From positions 1-36,409 of the IMG/VR virus record IMGVR_UViG_3300014208_000318: DNA of 36,409 nucleotides; one strand, given 5' to 3'. Both the position numbers and the translations under genes were made by a program. The stretch comes from a virus (lineage: Duplodnaviria > Caudoviricetes). Below are positions 1-7,054 of the stretch, one piece after another. Under the pieces are notes generated by a model. That model searched no databases, was not told the DNA's origin, and saw nothing but the letters and a program-made list of their open reading frames with translations. The first letter of the stretch is position 1; every line of letters begins with the position of its first letter.

Positions 1-65
1 AAACCCATCTCGCTGCCCCCCACAGGGGGGCTCACGCCTCCTTGGGGCGGCCCGGCGGAGGCGTG

Positions 66-551
66 ATGGAAATCACCGTCACCCTCGACGATGCCGGCGT
101 ACAGCGTGCGCTGGATCGCTTCCCCGATCGCATTACAGCGGCGGTCGAGGCGGCCTTGTCGCGCGGCGCGATGGAAATGGCGCGCACGGCGCGCGGCTAC
201 GCCCCCAAGGCCTTCTCCACGCTGACCAATTCGATCAAGGCCGACAAAGTCGGCCCGCTGCATTACATCGTCGCGCCGCATGTGAATCACGGCCCCTTCG
301 TCGAGCGTGGCCGCCCCCCCGGCATGCAGCCCGGCACCGCCAACGGCTTGATGGAATGGGTCAGGCAGAAGACCGGCCTGCAGGGCAAGGAACTCGACCG
401 CAAGACCTACGTCATCGCCCGCGCCATCGGCAAGAAGGGTATCCGGCGCCACGCCTACATGCGCCCCGCGTTCCTGCTCCACAGCGACATGATTGTCGCC
501 CGCGTCCGCGAAGCCGCGCACGCCGCCGCGCAGGAGGCCTTCCGTGGGTGA
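66..551 (+). CDS. HK97 gp10-like tail completion/head-tail joining protein
   Basis: GGAGG RBS before ATG 66; 'ARGYAP..STLTNSI', 'GPFVERG' and 'YMRPAF' pattern typical of the family. Confidence 0.75.
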   Translation: MEITVTLDDAGVQRALDRFPDRITAAVEAALSRGAMEMARTARGYAPKAFSTLTNSIKADKVGPLHYIVAPHVNHGPFVERGRPPGMQPGTANGLMEWVRQKTGLQGKELDRKTYVIARAIGKKGIRRHAYMRPAFLLHSDMIVARVREAAHAAAQEAFRG

Positions 552-960
552 GCTGGCCAACCTGCGCGGCGCACTCAAGACGCAGATGGCCGCCGCCATG
601 CCGACCCGCGTCGTCACCCGCGACTTCAAGGATTTTGCCGACCGCAGCCCGGCGGACCTCGCCGCCGGCATCGTCAGCCTGATCGGCGCCGGCGAGAAGG
701 GCTACGCCAACTACCTGGGCCGCGCCACGCAACTGGGCACCGTGCCCTTCGTCGTCGTCGGTCAGCTGGTGCTGGCCGAGGGCTCCGCGCCGTCGGCGGT
801 CGAAGACGCCGAGGACACGCTGGCCGAACAGATCAAAACCTTCTGCCGTGCCCCCGGCAGCGATCTTCTGGGCGGCATCACCATGACCGGCTTTCGCCAG
901 TCCGGGCAGATGGACGCCCCCTACGGCTGGATCGCCTGCGACATCGAGGTGATGACATGA
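544..960 (+). CDS. Putative tail terminator / head-tail connector protein
   Basis: GTG 544 overlaps upstream stop; size and position after the gp10-like gene. Confidence 0.5.
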   Translation: MGELANLRGALKTQMAAAMPTRVVTRDFKDFADRSPADLAAGIVSLIGAGEKGYANYLGRATQLGTVPFVVVGQLVLAEGSAPSAVEDAEDTLAEQIKTFCRAPGSDLLGGITMTGFRQSGQMDAPYGWIACDIEVMT

Positions 961-1463
961 TCCCCATCGTCGCCGCCCTGATGGAAGCGGGCCTGGGCAT
1001 GCTCGGTAATGCCGTGCTGGCCAAGGGCAAGGCCGTGGTCGAGGAAAAGCTCGGCATCACCCTGCCCGACGGCGCCAGGCCGCTCGACCCGGTGCAGGTG
1101 GTCGAGCTGAAGCGCGCCGAGATGGCGCACGAGGAATGGTTGATCGACGCCGGCATCCGCCGCCAGCAGCAGGAGATCGACGCCGAAAAGGTCGCGCAGG
1201 AAAACGTCACCGAACGCTGGCAGGCCGACATGAGCAGCGACTCATGGCTCTCGAAAAACATCCGTCCGATGTCGCTGATCTATCTGACCGTGGCCTTCAC
1301 GATCCTGATGCTGCTGGACGGCTACACCGACTTCAACCCGGAACCGGCCTACGTCAGCCTGCTGGGCGAACTGCTCAAGGTGGTGTTCGCCGCTTACTTC
1401 GTCGGCCGTACGGTGGTGCAGGGCATCGAGATGTACGGCAAGGTCAAGGGGGCCGGCAAATGA
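957..1463 (+). CDS. Holin (3TM/GTA-holin-like)
   Basis: 'SDSWLSKNIRP' motif followed by two hydrophobic segments; adjacent to endolysin. Confidence 0.75.
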   Translation: MIPIVAALMEAGLGMLGNAVLAKGKAVVEEKLGITLPDGARPLDPVQVVELKRAEMAHEEWLIDAGIRRQQQEIDAEKVAQENVTERWQADMSSDSWLSKNIRPMSLIYLTVAFTILMLLDGYTDFNPEPAYVSLLGELLKVVFAAYFVGRTVVQGIEMYGKVKGAGK

Positions 1464-1810
1464 GCCTCGTCGCCGAACAGGCCGCCTTCCTCCATGACGC
1501 CGCGAAGCTGATCCAGTTCGCCACGGCCGCCGGCTTCGTCGTCACCGGCGGCGAGCTGTGGCGCAGCCCGGAGCAACAGGCCATCTACGTCAGGACCGGG
1601 CGCAGCAAGACCATGGAAAGCAATCATCTGCGCCGCTGCGCCCTCGACCTGAATTTCTTCAAGGACGGCGCGCTGTGCTACGACATCGCGGCGCTGCGCC
1701 CGGTGGGCAACTACTGGGAAACCCTCGACCCGAAAAACCGCTGGGGCGGCAACTTCAAAAGCCTGAAGGACGTGCCGCATTTCGAACGCCACACCGGAGC
1801 CCGCGCATGA
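1460..1810 (+). CDS. Endolysin, M15-family peptidase
   Basis: ATGA overlap with holin; 'SNHLRRCALDL' and 'WGGNF..KDVPHFE' zinc-peptidase motifs. Confidence 0.85.
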   Translation: MSLVAEQAAFLHDAAKLIQFATAAGFVVTGGELWRSPEQQAIYVRTGRSKTMESNHLRRCALDLNFFKDGALCYDIAALRPVGNYWETLDPKNRWGGNFKSLKDVPHFERHTGARA

Positions 1811-2091
1811 CAACAAGCAACGAGTTCGACGACATGGACCGCCGCGAGAGCCGCTGGCATGTCGGCAAGGAAATCCCCATCGCCGTGCTGGTGATGCTGG
1901 CCGCGCAGACCGGCGGCGGCATCTGGTGGGCCGCCAGCCTTTCGCAGAAGCTCGACGCGGTGATCATCCAGGTGGCTGAACTGCGCGCCGAACGCTACAC
2001 CAAGGAAGACGCCCGCCGCGACCAGGATTTCACGCGCTCGCGCCACGGCGATCTGGAACGCCGCATCGTCAATCTCGAACAACGCCGCTAG
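1807..2091 (+). CDS. Small single-TM phage protein with coiled-coil tail (lysis-associated?)
   Basis: ATGA overlap; hydrophobic IPIAVLVMLAAQTGGGIWWAA then charged heptads. Confidence 0.6.
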   Translation: MTTSNEFDDMDRRESRWHVGKEIPIAVLVMLAAQTGGGIWWAASLSQKLDAVIIQVAELRAERYTKEDARRDQDFTRSRHGDLERRIVNLEQRR

Positions 2092-2099
2092 GAGACATC

Positions 2100-2342
2100 A
2101 TGGCCAAGAAACTCGAACCCACCGCCGCTCCCGCCGGCACCGAACTGCCCTCCACCGGCGGCAGCTACCTCGCTTCCGAATCTGCCGGCTTCGTCCGCCA
2201 GGTCGACCCGCCCGCCGCCGCCGCGCCTACCCGGCGCGGCTTTGGCAGCCCGCAAAGCGGAATCCCTGCCACGCAGAGCGCGGGCAAACCCGAAGCTTCC
2301 ACGCCGGCCGCACTGCCGGCCCCCGCATCCTCCAAGGAGTAA
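2100..2342 (+). CDS. Hypothetical Pro/Ala-rich phage protein
   Basis: AGGAG RBS; 'GGSY' motif often seen in small genes upstream of tail tube genes. Confidence 0.6.
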   Translation: MAKKLEPTAAPAGTELPSTGGSYLASESAGFVRQVDPPAAAAPTRRGFGSPQSGIPATQSAGKPEASTPAALPAPASSKE

Positions 2343-2345
2343 ATC

Positions 2346-3512
2346 ATGGGCCGCATCGACCGCCAGCGCATCATCCTCGCCAAAATCCAGCCCGTCCAGG
2401 GCACCGATGCCGTACCCACGGGTGCGGCCAACGCCATCCTGCTCGCCGGCATGCCCAAGGTCACGCCGTTCAAGGCCAACAACGTGCCGCGCGACCTGAT
2501 CCGCAGCTACTTCGGCGCCAGCGAACAACTGGTCGGCACCGGCTACGTCGAGCTGACCCTGCCGGTCGAGCTGCAAGGCGCCGGCACCGCCGGCACGGCG
2601 CCGCCCTGGGGCGTGCTATACCGCGGCGCCGGCTGGGCCGAAACCCTGCTCGCCGCGCCGGTGACCGGCACCGCCCAGGCCGGCGCCGCCGGCTCGGTCA
2701 CGCTCGCCGCCGGCGCCTCCGCCGTCGATGATTTCTACAACGGCATGCGCCTCAGCCTCACCGGCGGCACCGGCAGCGGCCAGAGCGCGCAGATCCTCGA
2801 CTACAACGGCACCACCAAGGCCGCCACCATCGGCCCCGCCTGGACCGTCAACCCCGACGCCACCAGCACCTACAGCATCGGCGCCAATGCCGCCTACCGG
2901 CCCATCTCCACCGCGCTGGAACTGCTCTCGCTGTACTACTGGCGGGCCGGCGTGCAGCGCAAGCTGATCGACTGCCGCGCCAAGATCGAGACCATGGATT
3001 TCGGTGTCGGCGCGCGGCCGATGGCCAGCCTGCGCGTGCTCGGCATCGATGCCGGCGTGGCGGCGGTGACCAACCCGGCGCTGACCCTCACCGGCTGGAA
3101 AACCCCGGCCGTCATCACCGACCCGAACACCGGCGACATCCTGATCGACGGCGTCGCCTACCCCAGCCGCGGCTTCACCGTCAGCGGCGGCGAGAATGTC
3201 GGCTACACCCCGCTCCTGGGCGGCCAGGCCATCGACATCACCGAGCGCGAAATCACCGGCAACCTGGGGCTCGACCTGACCGCCGCGCAGGTGGCCACCT
3301 TCGACGCCAGCGTCAAGGCCAACACCCTGCACACCTTCGGCTTCCAGCACGGCCTCGCCGACGGCTACCGGCTGCTGGCGCACGGCCCGGCCATGCAACT
3401 GCTCGACCAATCCGAAGACGAAGTCAACGGCCGCGCGCTGGAAGGCTTCGCCACGCGCTACCTGCCGTCCGCCGTTGGCGGCGGCGACGACTTCGCGCTG
3501 ATCGCGGCGTAA
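2346..3512 (+). CDS. Major tail tube protein
   Basis: AAGGAG RBS; 'RDLIRSYFGASEQL..VELQGAGTAGTAP' tube motif; position before chaperones and tape measure. Confidence 0.85.
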   Translation: MGRIDRQRIILAKIQPVQGTDAVPTGAANAILLAGMPKVTPFKANNVPRDLIRSYFGASEQLVGTGYVELTLPVELQGAGTAGTAPPWGVLYRGAGWAETLLAAPVTGTAQAGAAGSVTLAAGASAVDDFYNGMRLSLTGGTGSGQSAQILDYNGTTKAATIGPAWTVNPDATSTYSIGANAAYRPISTALELLSLYYWRAGVQRKLIDCRAKIETMDFGVGARPMASLRVLGIDAGVAAVTNPALTLTGWKTPAVITDPNTGDILIDGVAYPSRGFTVSGGENVGYTPLLGGQAIDITEREITGNLGLDLTAAQVATFDASVKANTLHTFGFQHGLADGYRLLAHGPAMQLLDQSEDEVNGRALEGFATRYLPSAVGGGDDFALIAA

Positions 3513-3523
3513 TCGGGGGACTT

Positions 3524-3832
3524 ATGGCATTCAAGCTGCAACCCCCCGACACCTTCCCCGTTCCGGTCGAGATCACCAACCCCGGCGGCGCGCTCGAGAC
3601 GCTCAACGTCGATTTCAGGTGGTTCTCGCGCGACCAGTATGTCGAGTACTGCAAGGCCGGAAAGGATCTGAGCGACCCGGAATTCTTCGCCGGACTGATC
3701 GCCGGATGGGATGCCGACGAAGCCTGCGACGTGGCGGGCATGGGCAAGCTGTTCGGCTACCGGCCAAAAGCGCCGCGCGCGCTGTTCGACGCCTTCCGCC
3801 GCGAATTGCTGGAGGTCGAGGAAAAAAACTGA
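3524..3832 (+). CDS. Tail assembly chaperone (gpG-like)
   Basis: Between tube and tape measure; ends E-K-N-stop on slippery A AAA AAC. Confidence 0.85.
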   Translation: MAFKLQPPDTFPVPVEITNPGGALETLNVDFRWFSRDQYVEYCKAGKDLSDPEFFAGLIAGWDADEACDVAGMGKLFGYRPKAPRALFDAFRRELLEVEEKN

Positions 3833-4194
3833 TTGCCGCCGCGCGTGCCTGGGTCAACGGCGGCGCGGCGGTGGATGAGGTGGACGGCGCCGACCTGATG
3901 GAGCTCGGGGTGGCACCGGAAGAAGTGGCAAAGCTGCAGGCGCTGTACGGCAAGGGCAGCGGCACCGACACCGGCGACGTGCTGGTGACCCCCGATAACT
4001 GGCCCGCGGTGGAGGTCTTTTTGGTGCAGGAAAACCGCTGGCGGCGAAAGCCGAACGGCGCGCTGGAAGGGCTGGACATGACGCAAGTCGAATCGACCAT
4101 GCGCCTGATCGGGATCCGCAGCAAGGACAGGCGAAGCGTGTTCTGGAAGCTCAGAACCATGGAAATGGCGGCACTTGAGGAGACGGCGCGGTGA
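3820..4194 (+). CDS. gpT part of G-T chaperone fusion (DUF1799-like)
   Basis: -1 frame ORF with 'NWPAVEVF..RWR..GLD..LRTMEMAAL'. Confidence 0.75.
   Translation, partial: GKKLIAAARAWVNGGAAVDEVDGADLMELGVAPEEVAKLQALYGKGSGTDTGDVLVTPDNWPAVEVFLVQENRWRRKPNGALEGLDMTQVESTMRLIGIRSKDRRSVFWKLRTMEMAALEETAR
3823..3829 (+). other. Programmed -1 ribosomal frameshift site (A AAA AAC) giving a gpGT fusion
   Basis: XXXYYYZ heptamer immediately before TGA 3830-3832; the -1 frame is open to 4194. Confidence 0.85.
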
Positions 4195-6575
4195 ACGACG
4201 GCAACAACAACGTCGATATCAACATCCGGGGCAAGGTCGACGGTCTGAAGACCGTCGCCACCGAAGCCAAGAGCACGGTCGCCGACCTCAAGGATGCGGT
4301 GGTCGATAACGCCGCGCAAATGACCGGCGTCAACCGCGACCTGCTGTCCTCCGTGTCCGACCTGGCGCCGCGCTTCCTGCTGGTCGGCGCCGCGGTGGCG
4401 GTCGCGGCCAAGGCCTATGCCGACGGGGTGGCCGAAGTCAAGGAAATGAACCTCGCCATCGCAAAGGGCGGCGACATCTCCGGGCAGTCGGCCGCCAGCC
4501 TGCGCGAGCTGTCGGGTGACATCGCCACGCACTCGCGGCTGACCATCGCCGAATCGAAGGGCATCGCCAGCGCGCTGGCCTCTTCCGGGCAGATCGGCGC
4601 GGCGGCTTTCCGGCAAGTGAGCCAGGCCGCCGGCGACTTCGCCCGCGTCACAGGAACCGATGTGGCCAGGGTAGGGCCTGAGCTGGTGAAGCTGTTCGCC
4701 GATCCGGCCAAGGGCGCAGAAGAACTGAACCGGCAGATGCACTTCCTGTCAGCCGCCGAACTGGACCACATCGAGCATCTGACGCGCATGGGCGAGGTGA
4801 CCGAGGCGCAGATCGAGCTTTCCGGGAAACTGAAGGATCGCCTGGGCGAGATCGCGCCGCCGCTGGGCATCCTCGAGCGCGCCTGGGACGGCGTCAAGGG
4901 CGCCTCGTCCAAGGCATGGGACGCGATGATGGGGCTGGGCCGCGAGCAGACTACGCAGGACCGGCTGAACGCCGTCTATGAGCGGATCCGCATCGCCGAG
5001 GCCATGGGCACCACCGCGCGCAACCTGCCGACCGATCGCCAGGTGCCGGCCTTGATGCGGCAGGCGCTTAAGCTGCAGGATCAACTGGAGGTCGAGTCGC
5101 AGAAGAGCTTCGACAAATCGCAGGCGGCGGAGCAGAACCGCCGCGAGCAGCGCGCCCGCTCGATCATCAACAGCAACTCGACCCTGGCTCGCGCCAAGGA
5201 AATCGACGACGAGATCGCGCTGGTGCGCAAAGCCGGAAACGGCACCGCCGAGGCGGATCAGGCCATTGCCAAATTGCAGGAAAAGCGCGCCAAGCTGTTC
5301 GCAGAAAAAAAGACCGCCAAGCACCGCGACGTCTTCCTCGACACCGTGACCGAAGCCTCCGGCGTCAATCGCAACTTCGCCACGGAACTTGGCGCACTCA
5401 AGGCTGGGCTCGATGCCGGACGCATCAGCGAGGAGGCCTACATCGGCACCGTCGAGAAGCTGATCCTGAAGCAGCCCTTCGCCACCAAGGATCTGCAGGA
5501 GACGATCAAGGAACTGGCGCTGAAAGAGCGCGTGCTGAACAAGGTGGACGCCGCCGAGACAGCGGCGCGCGAGGTGATCGAGAAGGCCGGCGAGGCGCAC
5601 ACCCAGCGCAACGAGGAGCTGCGCCTGGAAATTGAACTGCTGGGCAAGAACGCCACCGAGCGCGCCAAACTCACCGCGTTTCGCAAGATCGACGCCGCTT
5701 TGGCCAAGGACGAAGCCAGGCTCACCGACCGCCTGGGCAAGATCGGCGATCTGGACGGCATCGATTCCGGCGTGGCGCAGCTGCGCGCCGGGGCCGAAGA
5801 AGCCAAGGCCGCCTGGGCGGACGCCCACGACACCATCGAGGCGCGCAGCCGCAGTTGGCTCGCCGGCGCCAGGGACGGTCTGCAGTCCTACGCCGACGAG
5901 GCCGCCCGATCTGCCGACGCGATGGCCAACGCCTTCAAGCGCGGCGCGCAGATGGCCGAGGACGCCATCGCCAACTTCGTCGTCACCGGCAAGCTCGACA
6001 TCGCCTCGCTGCTGAAGTTCGCCGCGACCGAGATGGCGCGGCAGAACATCGCCAAGCCCCTCGTCTCGGCCGGGACGGACTGGCTGAAGGGCCTGCTCGG
6101 CGGCGGCGGCGGCACGGCGGCGCCGCAGAGTGCCGCGGCGGCCGACGCGATGAGCAGCCTCTGGACCTACAGCGCCAACGGCAACGCCTTCGACCGGTCC
6201 GGCGTGATCCCCTTCGCCCGCGGCGGCATCGTCGACCGGCCGACGCTGTTCCCCTTCGCCCAGGGCACCGGGCTGATGGGCGAAGCCGGCCCTGAAGCGA
6301 TCCTTCCGTTAACGCGCGGCCCCGGCGGCAAGCTTGGCGTGCAGGCCAGCGGCGGGGGCAGCGGCGGCGGCGGCGGGAACGTCACGGTGATCATCACCGA
6401 ATCCCCGTCGCAGGGTGGGCAGGTTCGCCAGCGCGACGACGGCGGGCGCAAGATTATCGAGATCATGGTGGCCAAGGTGAAGGGCGACCTGATTCAGGAC
6501 GTGCGCAATGAGGGCACGTTTGCGAAAGCGGCCCAGTTGCAGTGGGGCCTCAACCGCGCCGCAGGAGCCGCCTGA
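4191..6575 (+). CDS. Tail tape measure protein (794 aa)
   Basis: Long Ala-rich helical ORF; C-terminal 'FARGG..PTLF..GLMGEAGPEAILPL'. Confidence 0.9.
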   Translation: MNDGNNNVDINIRGKVDGLKTVATEAKSTVADLKDAVVDNAAQMTGVNRDLLSSVSDLAPRFLLVGAAVAVAAKAYADGVAEVKEMNLAIAKGGDISGQSAASLRELSGDIATHSRLTIAESKGIASALASSGQIGAAAFRQVSQAAGDFARVTGTDVARVGPELVKLFADPAKGAEELNRQMHFLSAAELDHIEHLTRMGEVTEAQIELSGKLKDRLGEIAPPLGILERAWDGVKGASSKAWDAMMGLGREQTTQDRLNAVYERIRIAEAMGTTARNLPTDRQVPALMRQALKLQDQLEVESQKSFDKSQAAEQNRREQRARSIINSNSTLARAKEIDDEIALVRKAGNGTAEADQAIAKLQEKRAKLFAEKKTAKHRDVFLDTVTEASGVNRNFATELGALKAGLDAGRISEEAYIGTVEKLILKQPFATKDLQETIKELALKERVLNKVDAAETAAREVIEKAGEAHTQRNEELRLEIELLGKNATERAKLTAFRKIDAALAKDEARLTDRLGKIGDLDGIDSGVAQLRAGAEEAKAAWADAHDTIEARSRSWLAGARDGLQSYADEAARSADAMANAFKRGAQMAEDAIANFVVTGKLDIASLLKFAATEMARQNIAKPLVSAGTDWLKGLLGGGGGTAAPQSAAAADAMSSLWTYSANGNAFDRSGVIPFARGGIVDRPTLFPFAQGTGLMGEAGPEAILPLTRGPGGKLGVQASGGGSGGGGGNVTVIITESPSQGGQVRQRDDGGRKIIEIMVAKVKGDLIQDVRNEGTFAKAAQLQWGLNRAAGAA

Positions 6576-7045
6576 TGGCCACCTGGCCGCCGACCCTGCC
6601 GCGCCCGACGGTTGAGGGCTATGGGCTGAAGCCGGTCGATCCGGTGTCGCGCACTCAGTTCGAGGCGGGCAACAGCCGCTCGCGGCGGCGGTTTCAGTCG
6701 GCGCCGACGATCATCCCGGTGCGCTGGATGTTCACCGAAGCCGAGATGGCTGTGTTCGAGGCCTGGCACAAGCTGGAGGCGCTGGACGGCGCTGCCGCGT
6801 TCAACGTCGACCTGGCCAACGGGCTGGGGCTGACCACCTACAGCGCCAAGTTCGAGGAGATGTGGGACGCCCCGATCCGCGCCGGCATGAACTTCATCGT
6901 CAGCGCCAAGCTGCGCGTCAGCGCGCGGCCGGTGATGACCGCCGCCGAACTCGAAGTCGCCAGCGCCTACGCCCCGGCCGACCTGCTCTACGGCAGCCCG
7001 ACGCTGCACACCCTGATCCACACAACTCTGCCGGCTTACTGGTAA
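6575..7045 (+). CDS. Distal tail (Dit/gpM-like) protein
   Basis: TGATG coupling to tape measure; 'WPPTLPRP..GY..P..V.RTQFEAG..RSRRRF'. Confidence 0.7.
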   Translation: MATWPPTLPRPTVEGYGLKPVDPVSRTQFEAGNSRSRRRFQSAPTIIPVRWMFTEAEMAVFEAWHKLEALDGAAAFNVDLANGLGLTTYSAKFEEMWDAPIRAGMNFIVSAKLRVSARPVMTAAELEVASAYAPADLLYGSPTLHTLIHTTLPAYW

Positions 7046-7054
7046 GGACCGACC

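Noticed and set aside
2231-2285. Possible pseudoknot (GCTTTG/CAAAGC and GGCAG/CTGCC) in the small pre-tube ORF
   Set aside because: Short, overlapping stems that are expected by chance in GC-rich coding DNA; no covariation evidence
6099-6380. GGC triplet runs in the tape measure gene
   Set aside because: Ordinary poly-Gly linkers
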